Assembly (NCBI GenBank): GCA_963832165.1
Contig: CAWHTE010000007.1
Span: forward strand, 832,001-896,000
Source of the DNA: an uncultured delta proteobacterium
GTDB taxonomy: Bacteria; Myxococcota_A; UBA9160; SMWR01
Direction of reading: 5' to 3'
DNA length: 64,000 bases
Positions 49,425-59,013 of the stretch are shown piece by piece. Positions within the stretch are counted from its first letter, which is position 1. Every line of letters begins with the position of its first letter. The translations under genes and the position numbers were made by a program. The notes beneath the pieces are model-generated. The model did not search any database and was not told the origin of the DNA. It worked only from the letters and a program-made list of their open reading frames with translations.

Positions 49425-50498
49425 CTACGAGGACCCGCGATAGACGAACGGCTGCGTGGGCTCTGCCGCGGCCTCGCGCGCGCGCAGGATCACGTCGTGC
49501 GCGGGCGCGAGCGAGCAGGCCGGGTCGGTGGCTGACGCGTCGCCCGTGAGCGCGAACGCCTGACAGCGGCACCCGCCGAAATCGCGCGTGCGCTCGGGGC
49601 AGTCGCGGCACGGCGCGGGCATCCACGCCTCGCCGCGGAATGCGTTCATGCCGGGTGCATCGGTCCAGCACGACGCGAGCGAATGCTCGGGCCAGCACCA
49701 GAAATCGAGCCCGGGCAGCTCGGCCGCGCCGTGACACGGCAGCACGCGCCCGTCGGGTGCGATCACGACGCTCTGTCTTCCCCATCCACCCATGCACGGC
49801 TTCGGTCGGTCGCGGTGATAGTCGGGCAGCACGAACAGGATCTCGAGATCGCGCGTCTCGCGGCGCAGGCGCGCGACAGTCTGGGCCGCGTCGTCGAGCT
49901 GCGCGCGCGTGGGCAGGAGCGCCGCGCGATTGCGCAGCGCCCAGCCCTGGTATTGTGCGTTCGCGAGCTCGAGCCGCGCCGCGCCGAGCCGCTGCGCGAG
50001 CGCGGTGATCTCGGCCACGCGCGAGAGATTGTGCCGGTGCAGCACCACGTTCAGCGTGAGCGGAAGACCGAGCCCGCGCGCGGCGTCCGCGAACGCGAGC
50101 TTCGCCTCGAAGCACTCGGTGCCCGCGATCGCGTCGGAGGCCTCGGCTTCCGCATCCTGGATCGAGAGCTGCACGCTGCGCAGCCCCGCGCGCGCGAGCG
50201 CGGCGAGCCCGTCGCGGTCGAGCGTCGTGCCCGCCGTCACGAGATGGGAGTAGAGCGACGCCCGGCTCGCGCCCGCGACGATCTCCTCGAGATCGGGGTG
50301 CAGCGTCGGCTCTCCGCCCGTGAGCCCCACGTGCACCGCGCCGAGCGCGGCCGCCTCGCCGAACACGCGCGACCAGGCGGCGCCGTCGAGCCCGTCGCGC
50401 ACGGCGCGATAGCCGATCGGGTTCGAGCAGTACACGCAGCGCAGCGGGCAGCGATAGGTGAGCTCCGCGATCAGGTTGTAGGGGCGCGGCGCGCTCAC
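49425..50498 (-). CDS. pqqE: PQQ biosynthesis radical SAM peptide cyclase
   Basis: AELTYRCPLRCVYCSNP, GGEP, QYQGWA..NR..LLP, KPCMGGWG, PCH, SPASM C..C.....DFGGCRCQAF. Confidence 0.95.
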   Translation of the reverse strand: MSAPRPYNLIAELTYRCPLRCVYCSNPIGYRAVRDGLDGAAWSRVFGEAAALGAVHVGLTGGEPTLHPDLEEIVAGASRASLYSHLVTAGTTLDRDGLAALARAGLRSVQLSIQDAEAEASDAIAGTECFEAKLAFADAARGLGLPLTLNVVLHRHNLSRVAEITALAQRLGAARLELANAQYQGWALRNRAALLPTRAQLDDAAQTVARLRRETRDLEILFVLPDYHRDRPKPCMGGWGRQSVVIAPDGRVLPCHGAAELPGLDFWCWPEHSLASCWTDAPGMNAFRGEAWMPAPCRDCPERTRDFGGCRCQAFALTGDASATDPACSLAPAHDVILRAREAAAEPTQPFVYRGSS

Positions 50499-51436
50499 GT
50501 GTGTGCGCGCTCGCGCTCGAGTACGCCGAGCCGCACCATCTCGTCGAGGAAGTCGTGCACGTCGTCGGCGATGCGCTCGGCGTCCGGGTGGCGCTCGCGC
50601 ATCGCGGCTGCAATCGCGATTCCCGTGTGCTCTCCATCGCAATGCGCGAGGATCTCTCGCGCGCTGCCCGAGAGCTTCACCGCACGCTCGGGCAGCACCA
50701 CGAGCGGCTCCGGATCTTCGAGCCGCGGCTGCGCCGCGCGCGCGAATCGCGGCGCCGCGTGCGCGGCCTCGATCGCGTCGAGCAGGCTCCAGAGGATCTC
50801 GCACTTGCGCTCGAGCGCGGCCGCGCAGCGGTCCTGGTCGGCGAGCGTAGTCGCGCGCTCGCGCACGAAGTCGAGCGCGTAGCGCGCATCGCTCGGCGCC
50901 TGCACGGTCCGGCTGCGGAAATAGCGCAGGCCGTCCGCGTCGACCCACGGATAGTGCTTCTCGAAGGCCGCGATCCGCTCGGCCATGATGTCGCCCGCGA
51001 ACATCTCCGTGAGCGAGGCCGCCACCGACTCGAGCAGGTCGTGGCTCTCGACGAACTCGACGTACGCGTCGCACGCGCGTCGCACGCCCGGGAGTACGTC
51101 GGCAAACGACGCCACTTGCTTGGCGTCGAGCCCGACCGCGCGCGCGAGTGCGAGCCAGAGCGCGAGTCCACCCTCGCGCTCGGGAGTTCCGTCGTGGTCC
51201 TGGATCCGCCCGATCCAGTCGCGCCGGAACGCGGGATCGCCCGACTTCGAGAGGATCAGACCGTCCTTCTTCGGGATGCGCGTCTGGTAGTAGTAGCGGT
51301 TGGCGACCCAGCTCCGGAGCTCGCCGCGCGAGAGCGTTCCCGCGTGCATGCGCAGATTGAACGGGTGACGGTGGTGGTAGCGTTCGGCGCCGATCGCGCG
51401 CAGCCGTCTTTCGAAGGTGTCGCCGCGCGAGCTCAC
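50495..51436 (-). CDS. pqqCD: PqqC oxidase fused to C-terminal PqqD (RRE) domain
   Basis: YH..HPF, NRYYYQ..IP.KD, RI.DHDG, SLTEMFA, KC..LW..LDA; then VVLPERAVKLSGSAREIL..CDG (PqqD). Confidence 0.9.
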   Translation of the reverse strand: MSSRGDTFERRLRAIGAERYHHRHPFNLRMHAGTLSRGELRSWVANRYYYQTRIPKKDGLILSKSGDPAFRRDWIGRIQDHDGTPEREGGLALWLALARAVGLDAKQVASFADVLPGVRRACDAYVEFVESHDLLESVAASLTEMFAGDIMAERIAAFEKHYPWVDADGLRYFRSRTVQAPSDARYALDFVRERATTLADQDRCAAALERKCEILWSLLDAIEAAHAAPRFARAAQPRLEDPEPLVVLPERAVKLSGSAREILAHCDGEHTGIAIAAAMRERHPDAERIADDVHDFLDEMVRLGVLERERAHT

Positions 51437-52326
51437 AGCTCGATTTCCAGACCGTCGTCCGCAATCTCGACACCCGCGCGCAGCACGCGCGCGCGCTCGG
51501 GCGAGGCGGAGTCGAGCACGGGATTGGTGCAGTTCATGTGGACGTAGTAGGTGCGGCCGGGCAGGTCTGCGAGGGCGGAGAGCGTGCCTTCGGGGCCCGC
51601 GATCGGAGCGTGGCCCATCGCGATCGCGTCGGGGGCGCCCGGCACGGTCTTGCGCAGCTCGTCCGCCGTGAAGAACGTGCCGTCGACGAAGCGAACGTCG
51701 GCGGCGGCGAGCTCGGCCGCCGTCGCGGAGTCGAGTGTCTTGAGGCCGGGCACGAACGCGAGCCGTGCGCCGCTCGAGCGCTCGGTGATGCGCAGCCCCG
51801 TAGTGGTCTCGGCGTGCGGCTTCGCTTTGTCGCGCAGATAGGTGGGCACCTTCGGCGCCACCGGGAAGAAGCGCGCCTCGAGCGCTCCGCTGCGGTCGAG
51901 CGGGATCGGCGCATCGATCGGCACCGAGCTCCAGATCGGCTGGAGCAGGTGAAACGCCGCGTTGTGCTCGAGCATCGCCTCGCGCACCCAGTGCGTCGAC
52001 ACGATCCGGAACGAGAGCGCCTCGCGCAGCACGAGCAGCCCGAGCACGTGGTCGAGCTCTGCCGACGTGACGGCGACCGTGTCGAGCGGAACGTCGCGCG
52101 TTCCGGGCTTCGGGTGCAGGCCCGGAAATGCGGCGAGCTGCTCGCGCAGGTCGGGGCTCGCGTTGAGGATCGACCAGCGCGCGCCGTCCGCGGACACGGC
52201 GAGGCCCGGTTGGGTGCGCGGCGGCACATCCGGATCTCCGCGCCGCGCGCGCACCGAGTTGTCGCCGCCACAGTTCCACTGCGGCAGCCCGCCGCCCGCG
52301 CAAGATCCGAGCACCCGAACCTTCAT
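51433..52326 (-). CDS. pqqB: PQQ biosynthesis protein B (MBL fold)
   Basis: VLGS.AGGGLPQWNC, RTQ, NASPD.R.Q, DH..GL..LRE, DGTF, MGH, HMNCTNP.L. Confidence 0.95.
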   Translation of the reverse strand: MKVRVLGSCAGGGLPQWNCGGDNSVRARRGDPDVPPRTQPGLAVSADGARWSILNASPDLREQLAAFPGLHPKPGTRDVPLDTVAVTSAELDHVLGLLVLREALSFRIVSTHWVREAMLEHNAAFHLLQPIWSSVPIDAPIPLDRSGALEARFFPVAPKVPTYLRDKAKPHAETTTGLRITERSSGARLAFVPGLKTLDSATAAELAAADVRFVDGTFFTADELRKTVPGAPDAIAMGHAPIAGPEGTLSALADLPGRTYYVHMNCTNPVLDSASPERARVLRAGVEIADDGLEIEL

Positions 52327-52399
52327 AACGGGTAAAGTCTAGACGGTCCGCGGCCCGCCGCAGACGCGGCGAGCTTCCCCCCAGGAGGTCGAGGTCGCC

Positions 52400-54133
52400 G
52401 TGATCCCCTATCTCTCTCCGGTCATCGAGCTCTATCTCCAGCACCTGATTCCCTGGGATGAATACTTCGCGCTGCGCAAGGGCTCGGAGGTGGATGCTCG
52501 CGGCGAGCGCGAGACGCTCGAGAGCATCCTGCAGACCGCCGCACAGATCTGCACCGAGCTCGAGCCGTCGCTGCGCGCGTCGTGGCACGCGGAGGCGAAG
52601 CTGGTCGGCGGCGAGGTGCAGTATCCGCCGGCGATCCGCGCCGCCTACGACACGCTTGCTCGCGCGGGGCTGGTCAGCTTCGGCGTCTCCGAAGCCTACG
52701 GCGGTTATGGGCTGCCGAGCTGGATGGCGAACGTGATCCTGCAGATGATCGCGCGCGCCGACGCGGGGTTGATGACGATCGTCGGACTCCAGGCGGGCGT
52801 CGCCGAAGACATCCAGATCTACGCCGATGCGGACCTGAAGCAGCGCTATCTGCCCGGCTTTGCCACGGGCGAGCTGATGGGCGCGATGGACCTCACCGAG
52901 GCGCAGGCCGGCTCGGACCTCGGCGCGATCCGCACGCGCGCGACCGAGCGCGCCGGCCAGATCCTGCTCGACGGCGAGAAGATCTTCATCACCAATGGCG
53001 GCTCGCAGGTGCATCTCGTGCTCGCGCGCGACGACGACGCCTACGACAAGAGTCTCGGCACCACCAACGGCCTCTCGCTCTACCTGTGCCCGCGCACGCT
53101 GCCCGACGGAACTCCCAACGGGCTCAAGGTGGTGCGGCTCGAGCAGAAGCTCGGCATCCACGGCTCGCCGACCGCGGTGATCTCGTTCGACAAGGCGGTT
53201 GCGTGGCGGATTGGCGAGAAGGGACGCGGCTTCCGCGCGATGCTCTCGCTCATGAACAACGCGCGGCTCGGCGTGGCGGCCCAGGCTGTCGGCATCGGCG
53301 AGGCCGCGCTCGACTCGGCCGTGCGCTATGCGCGCGAGCGCAAGCAGTTCGGCGTTCCGATCGCCGAGCAGCCGCTCATGAAAAATCAGCTCGCGCGCAT
53401 GGTCACCAATCTCGAGGCGAGCCGCGCGCTGCTCTACCGCACGTGTGCGCTCGTCGATCGCAACCAGTCGATCCGCGCGTATCTCGACCGCGAGCAGGAT
53501 CTCCCGTCCGGCGAGCGCGAGCGCTACGAGGCGATCTTCGAGCGCAACGACGTGCGGATCCGGCTGCTCACGCCGCTCGCGAAGTATCTCGCGACCGAGG
53601 GCTCCGTCGAGCTCACGCGCGCCGCGATCCAGGTGCACGGCGGGCTCGGCTTCATGTCCGAGTCGGTGCCGGGCAAGCTCCACGCCGACGCGATCATCAC
53701 GACGATCTACGAGGGGACGTCGCAGATCCAGGTCTCGTTCGCGCTGAAGGAGGTGGGCAAGGGCGCCCTCGACGTCGTGTTCGACGAGGTGCGACGCGAT
53801 CTCGACGCGCTCGACCGACCCGAGCTCGCGCCGTACGCCGACCGCGTGCGCAAGGGAGTCGATCTCGTGCTCGGGGCCGGCGGAGCGCTCGCGGCCGATC
53901 TGGGTTATGCGCTGCTCTCCGCGCAGTCGCTGGCCGAGAACCTCGCGAGCATTCTCGTCGCGGGCGAGCTGCTGCTCCAGGCGAACCAGGACCCGGTGCG
54001 GTTCGACATCGCGGCGTCGTGGATCGAGCGCCGCATGGTCGATCTCGAGGGGCGCACCGAGCGGATCCGGCGCGGCTCGTCCGACCTGATCGCGCGCTGC
54101 ACGCGGATGATCGAGGCGGCGGTTCCTACCTGA
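52400..54133 (+). CDS. Acyl-CoA dehydrogenase family protein
   Basis: MDLTE..AGSDL, GEKIFITNG, KLGIHGSPT, MNNARL, ERKQFG, QVHGG.G, IYEGT. Confidence 0.9.
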   Translation: MIPYLSPVIELYLQHLIPWDEYFALRKGSEVDARGERETLESILQTAAQICTELEPSLRASWHAEAKLVGGEVQYPPAIRAAYDTLARAGLVSFGVSEAYGGYGLPSWMANVILQMIARADAGLMTIVGLQAGVAEDIQIYADADLKQRYLPGFATGELMGAMDLTEAQAGSDLGAIRTRATERAGQILLDGEKIFITNGGSQVHLVLARDDDAYDKSLGTTNGLSLYLCPRTLPDGTPNGLKVVRLEQKLGIHGSPTAVISFDKAVAWRIGEKGRGFRAMLSLMNNARLGVAAQAVGIGEAALDSAVRYARERKQFGVPIAEQPLMKNQLARMVTNLEASRALLYRTCALVDRNQSIRAYLDREQDLPSGERERYEAIFERNDVRIRLLTPLAKYLATEGSVELTRAAIQVHGGLGFMSESVPGKLHADAIITTIYEGTSQIQVSFALKEVGKGALDVVFDEVRRDLDALDRPELAPYADRVRKGVDLVLGAGGALAADLGYALLSAQSLAENLASILVAGELLLQANQDPVRFDIAASWIERRMVDLEGRTERIRRGSSDLIARCTRMIEAAVPT

Positions 54134-54144
54134 ATCGGTAGCTT

Positions 54145-57100
54145 ATGCCGCCCATGAAGCGGGCCCCTGCAAAGAATGGCGGCGTATTCGAGCGCGTGGC
54201 GCCGGTCGTGGACTTTCCCGCGGCCGAGGCGAGCGTGCGCGCGTTCTGGCGCGAGCGCGACATTTTCGCCAAGTCGCTCGCGCTGCGCGCAGGCGCGCCG
54301 CGCTTCGTGTTCTACGAGGGTCCGCCTACCGCGAACGGGCTGCCGCACAACGGCCACGCGCTCACGCGCGTGATGAAGGACGTGATCCCGCGCTACAAGG
54401 CGATGCGCGGCTTCCACGTGCCGCGCAAGGGGGGCTGGGACACTCACGGACTGCCCGTCGAGATCGAGGTCGAGAAGGAGCTCCGCATCTCGGGCAAGGA
54501 TGCGATCGAGGCCTACGGCGTGGAGCCGTTCGTGCGCCGCTGCATCGAGAGCGTGTTCCGCTACACCGAGGAGTGGCAGAGCTTCACCGAGAAGCTCGGC
54601 TTCTGGCTCGACATGGGCGAAGCCTACGTCACCTATCACCAGTCCTACGTCGAGAGCGTCTGGTGGGCGCTGTCCCAGCTGTTCGAGCGCGGGCTGCTCT
54701 ACCGCGGGCACAAGGTGGTGTGGTGGTGGGCACAGGGCGGCACCGTGCTCTCGGCGGCCGAGGTGGGTGAGGGCTACCGCACCGTCGACGATCCCTCGAT
54801 CTACGTGCGCTTCCCGCTCGCGGACGAGCCGGACACGTCGCTCCTGGTCTGGACCACGACGCCCTGGACGCTGCCCTCGAACAGCTTCGCGGCCGTGAAC
54901 CCCGACTTCGACTACGTCGTCGTGCGCGATGGCGAGCAGCGGATCGTCGTAGCCGCGGCCCTGCGGGAGTCGTTGGCGGAGAAGGTGGGGCGCGAGCTGC
55001 CCGTAGAGCGCTCGCTGCGCGGCGCCGAGCTGGTGGGGCGCCGCTATCTCCCGCCGTTCGACTGGTTCCGCACCCGCTACGCGGGTGCGGGACTTTGGCA
55101 AGTCGCCGCCGCCGATTTCGTGGAGCTCGACGCGGGTACGGGCATCGTGCACGTCGCGCCCGCGTTCGGCGAGGCCGACTTCGATCTGCTGCGCCGCGAG
55201 CAGCAGCGGGACGCATCGCTTCCGCTCCTGTGCGCGGTGCGCCCCGACGGCACGTTCGACCCCGAGGTCGCCGAGCCCGCCTATGCCGGGCGCTGGGTCA
55301 AGGAGGCCGATCGCGATCTCACGCGTGCGCTGCGCGAGCGCGGGCTTCTCTGGCACGCGGAGCAGGTCCGCCACGAGTATCCGTTCTGCGTCCGCTCCGA
55401 CTCCGACCCGCTGATCCAGTACGCGCGGCCCGCGTGGTACATCCGCACGACTGCGCACGTGAAGGACGCGCTGGAGAACAACGCGCGCATCCAGTGGCTG
55501 CCCGAGCACATCCGCGACGGGCGCTTCGGCGACTTCCTGCGCAACAACGTCGATTGGGCGCTGTCGCGCGAGCGCTATTGGGGCACGCCACTCAACATCT
55601 GGGTGAACGACGTGACGGGGCGCATGGAGGCGCCCGCGTCGGTGGCGGAGATCCTCGAGCGCAACCCGGACGCATTCGAGGCGTTCGAGCGCACGCGCCG
55701 CGAGGACCCGAAGATCTCGCCGCACCTCGCCGTACACAAGCCGTGGATCGACGCCGTCACCTGGACGCGCGCGGGCGAGCCGGGCGTCTACCGGCGCGTG
55801 CCCGAGGTGATCGACGCGTGGTTCGACTCGGGCTCGATGCCGTTCGCGCAGTGGGGCTATCCCCAGAAGAACCACGCGGAGTTCGAGGCGAGCTTCCCGG
55901 CCGACTTCATCTCCGAGGCGATCGACCAGACGCGCGGCTGGTTCAACTCGCTGCTCTGGATCTCCACGCTGCTGTTCCCCGAGCGCGCGCAGCCCCATCC
56001 CTACAAGACCTGCATCGTGCTCGGCCACGTCGCCGACCGGAGCGGCAAGAAGGAATCGAAGAGCAAGGGCAACTACACGCCGCCCGAGGTGATCCTCGAC
56101 CGTGTGCGGCTCGAGTTCGCCGCGGTCGCGCCCGAGGAGGGTGAGCTCGCCCCGGGCACCGCGGCGGTGGCGCGCGAAGACTACGAGGGACTCGATCTCA
56201 GCGGAGAGTCTGTGCGCGTGCGCATCTACCGCGAGGATCGTCCGGAGCACGCGATCGAGGTGGCGCTGCGTCCGGCCGCGCTGCCGCGGCGCGTGATCCA
56301 CCTCGCGCCCGCGGATGCCACCACGCTGGGTCTCGTCGTCGCGCCGCACGACGCCGTGATCCTGCCGCGCGAGGTGCCGGGACTCGCGCCCGCGGTGAAG
56401 GTCTGGGTCGACGATCCGAGCTCGCCCGCGCCCGGCGCCGACGCGTTCCGGTGGTTCTTCTACTCGCAAAACCCGCCCTGGAATCCCACGCGCCACTCGC
56501 TCGCGGGCGTGCGCGCGGCACAGCGCGAGCTTCCGCTCAAGCTGCGCAACGTGTACGCGTTCTTCACGATCTACGCCGAGATCGACGGCTTCGACCCGTC
56601 GGACGTGGCGTGTCGCGCCGGGCGCCGCCCCGCGCGCGAGCGCGCGCTGATCGACCGCTGGATCCTGTCCGAGCTCGCGCTCGTGACGCGCGCGGCGCGC
56701 GCGCACATGGACGCCTACCTCGTCTACGAAGCGACCGGTGTGCTCACGGACTTCGTCGACGCGCTCTCGAACTGGTACGTGCGCCGCTCGCGCGACCGAT
56801 TCTGGGTCCATGGGTTGGCAACGGATAAGCTGGACGCCCACTGGTCGTTGTACGAATGCCTCACGACCCTCGCGCGTCTGCTCGCGCCGTTCCTGCCGTT
56901 CGCCACCGAGGAGCTCTGGCGCAACCTCGTCGCGCGTCCGTTCGGCGACACAGAGCCCGAGAGCGTGCACCTCGCCGACTACCCCGAGCCCGATCTCGCC
57001 GCGATCGACGAGCCGCTCTCGCGCGAGATGCGCGCCGTGCGCGAGATCGTCTCGCTGGGGCTCCAGGTGCGCACAGCCAACAAGCTGCGCGTGCGCCAGC

Positions 57101-57765
57101 CGCTCGCTGCTGCCGAGGTCGTGCTCTCCGATCCCGAGCTCGCCCCGCGCGTGCTCGCGCACGAGGGTCTCGTGCGCGACGAGCTCAACGTGCACGAGCT
57201 CCATCTCGCGCGCGACGCGGACGCCTACGTCACCTATCAGGTGAAGCCGAACTTCCGCGCGCTCGGTCCGCGCGTGGGCAAGCGCATGCCCGCGCTCAAG
57301 GCTGCGCTCGCTGCGGCCGACGGCGCGGCGCTGCTGCGCGAGCTCGAGGCGCAGGGGCGCGTGACGCTCACGGTCGAGGGCGAGCCGCTCGAGCTCGGGC
57401 CGGAGGAGATCGCGGTGAGTCTCGAGGCGCGCGAGGGCTTCGCGGCTGCCGCGGGGGTTGCGGGCGTGGTCGTGCTCCACACGGCGCTCTCCGACGCGCT
57501 CGTCGACGAGGGATTGTTCCGCGAGGTGCTCAACCGCGTGCAGACCTTCCGCAAGGAGCTCGACCTCGAGTACACCGGCCGCATCCGCCTGACGCTCGAC
57601 GGCGCCGACCGGCTGCTCTCCGCAGTGCGCCCGCGCGCGGCCGATCTCGGCCGCGAGACGCTCGCGGTCGACGTGCAGGTCGGTGTTCCGCCGCCGGCCG
57701 GCGCGCACGTGCACGAGGCCGTGATCGAAGGTGAGCCGCTGCGGCTCGGGCTCGTTCGCGCCTGA
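54145..57765 (+). CDS. ileS: Isoleucine--tRNA ligase, type 2 (eukaryote/archaea-like)
   Basis: FYEGPPTANG.PHNGH, GWDTHGLP.E, WTTTPWTLPSN, GTGIVH.APAFG..D, DWALSRERYWGTP, DQTRGWF, KESKS, NWYVRRSR, RVRQPL; start could be ATG 54154. Confidence 0.95.
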   Translation: MPPMKRAPAKNGGVFERVAPVVDFPAAEASVRAFWRERDIFAKSLALRAGAPRFVFYEGPPTANGLPHNGHALTRVMKDVIPRYKAMRGFHVPRKGGWDTHGLPVEIEVEKELRISGKDAIEAYGVEPFVRRCIESVFRYTEEWQSFTEKLGFWLDMGEAYVTYHQSYVESVWWALSQLFERGLLYRGHKVVWWWAQGGTVLSAAEVGEGYRTVDDPSIYVRFPLADEPDTSLLVWTTTPWTLPSNSFAAVNPDFDYVVVRDGEQRIVVAAALRESLAEKVGRELPVERSLRGAELVGRRYLPPFDWFRTRYAGAGLWQVAAADFVELDAGTGIVHVAPAFGEADFDLLRREQQRDASLPLLCAVRPDGTFDPEVAEPAYAGRWVKEADRDLTRALRERGLLWHAEQVRHEYPFCVRSDSDPLIQYARPAWYIRTTAHVKDALENNARIQWLPEHIRDGRFGDFLRNNVDWALSRERYWGTPLNIWVNDVTGRMEAPASVAEILERNPDAFEAFERTRREDPKISPHLAVHKPWIDAVTWTRAGEPGVYRRVPEVIDAWFDSGSMPFAQWGYPQKNHAEFEASFPADFISEAIDQTRGWFNSLLWISTLLFPERAQPHPYKTCIVLGHVADRSGKKESKSKGNYTPPEVILDRVRLEFAAVAPEEGELAPGTAAVAREDYEGLDLSGESVRVRIYREDRPEHAIEVALRPAALPRRVIHLAPADATTLGLVVAPHDAVILPREVPGLAPAVKVWVDDPSSPAPGADAFRWFFYSQNPPWNPTRHSLAGVRAAQRELPLKLRNVYAFFTIYAEIDGFDPSDVACRAGRRPARERALIDRWILSELALVTRAARAHMDAYLVYEATGVLTDFVDALSNWYVRRSRDRFWVHGLATDKLDAHWSLYECLTTLARLLAPFLPFATEELWRNLVARPFGDTEPESVHLADYPEPDLAAIDEPLSREMRAVREIVSLGLQVRTANKLRVRQPLAAAEVVLSDPELAPRVLAHEGLVRDELNVHELHLARDADAYVTYQVKPNFRALGPRVGKRMPALKAALAAADGAALLRELEAQGRVTLTVEGEPLELGPEEIAVSLEAREGFAAAAGVAGVVVLHTALSDALVDEGLFREVLNRVQTFRKELDLEYTGRIRLTLDGADRLLSAVRPRAADLGRETLAVDVQVGVPPPAGAHVHEAVIEGEPLRLGLVRA

Positions 57766-57827
57766 TCCGATTCACTGAGATCCCAAAGGATTTCAGCGGC
57801 TTAGGGGGCAGCAGCCGGGTCTGTTCC

Positions 57828-57856
57828 TTGACATGTGAATCCGGATTCACAAGGCT
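57828..57856 (+). promoter_or_regulatory. Sigma-70-type promoter overlapped by perfect 18-bp palindromic operator
   Basis: TTGACA 57828-57833 immediately followed by TGTGAATCC|GGATTCACA 57834-57851. Confidence 0.8.
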
Positions 57857-57876
57857 GGCGGCGGAGGCGAAGCCCG

Positions 57877-59013
57877 ATGAGTCTGCTGCCCGACGCCACC
57901 GTGGTGGAACGGCTGCTCCATCACATCGATCACAAGACCACCGACGAGGGCGAGACGACCTGGCGCGAGCCGGTCGCGAACTACCGCTCCCCCGAGCGCC
58001 TCGCCGCCGAGCTCGAGCTGTTCCGGCGCCATCCGACGCCGTTCTGCGCTTCCGCGGCGCTGCCCGAAGTCGGCTCCTATCTCACGCGCACGGCCGCCGG
58101 AACGCCGCTCGTCGCCGTGCGCGGCCGCGACCGACACGTCCGTGTGTTCCGCAACGCGTGCCGGCACCGCGGCACCCAGGTGGCCGAGGACAGCGGCTGT
58201 GCGAAGGCGTTCGCGTGCCGCTATCACGGCTGGACCTACGGGCTCGAAGGCGAGCTGATCCACGTCCCGCACGAGCGCGGCTTCCCCGACCTCGAGAAGT
58301 CGGGCCGCGGGCTCGTGCCCGTCGAATCGTTCGAGAGCCACGGGCTCGTGTTCGTCACTCAGGAGAAGGCGCACAGCGCCGAGCTCGCGCTCGACGGGCT
58401 GTCGGCGCCCGTGATCGGCGACGACTATCGGATCGTCGACGCGCGTGGGCTCGGCTGCACCGAGGTGGCAGCCAACTGGAAGATCGTGCTCGAGGGCTTC
58501 ATCGAGGGCTATCACATCCGCACCACGCACCGCGACACGTTCTATCCGCTGCAGTACGACAACACGAACGTCGTCGAGACGTTCGGCATGAACAGCCGCA
58601 TCGCATATCCGTACCGCGCGATCGAGAGGCAGCGCGGCGTCGACGCGGCGAAGCGCACCACCAACGGCACGCTCACCTACGTCTATCAATTCTTCCCGAA
58701 CGTCATGGTCGCCACGTTCCCGAACCGGATCTTCATGGTCGTGCTCGAGCCGCTCGCGCCCGACCGCACGCTTCAGATCACCACCGTGCTTACCAACAGC
58801 CCCGAAGACGATTCCCGCGCCCAGGAGTTCCTCGCGCGCGGCGCGCAGCTCGTCGACCGCGGCGGTCTCGAGGACCGCGCGATGGTCGAGAGCGGACAGC
58901 GCGGGCTCGCGGCCGGCGCGAACGAGTTCCTGGAGTTCGGGCGCTTCGAATCGCAGATCGTCCACTTCCACCGGAATCTGGACGCGGCGCTCGACGCGAT
59001 TCCGAGCCGCTGA
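57877..59013 (+). CDS. Rieske non-heme iron oxygenase alpha subunit
   Basis: CRH...CRYH Rieske motif; NWK, EGYH....H, ED mononuclear-iron ligands. Confidence 0.9.
   Translation: MSLLPDATVVERLLHHIDHKTTDEGETTWREPVANYRSPERLAAELELFRRHPTPFCASAALPEVGSYLTRTAAGTPLVAVRGRDRHVRVFRNACRHRGTQVAEDSGCAKAFACRYHGWTYGLEGELIHVPHERGFPDLEKSGRGLVPVESFESHGLVFVTQEKAHSAELALDGLSAPVIGDDYRIVDARGLGCTEVAANWKIVLEGFIEGYHIRTTHRDTFYPLQYDNTNVVETFGMNSRIAYPYRAIERQRGVDAAKRTTNGTLTYVYQFFPNVMVATFPNRIFMVVLEPLAPDRTLQITTVLTNSPEDDSRAQEFLARGAQLVDRGGLEDRAMVESGQRGLAAGANEFLEFGRFESQIVHFHRNLDAALDAIPSR

Noticed and set aside
50495..53683. 1062-aa ORF suggesting a huge PqqC fusion
   Set aside because: PqqCD begins at GTG 51436; the upstream part is off-frame pqqB and antisense acyl-CoA dehydrogenase
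53905..57714. 1269-aa antisense ORF opposite ileS (and similar long antisense ORFs throughout)
   Set aside because: No motifs; expected from high-GC codon bias on the coding strand
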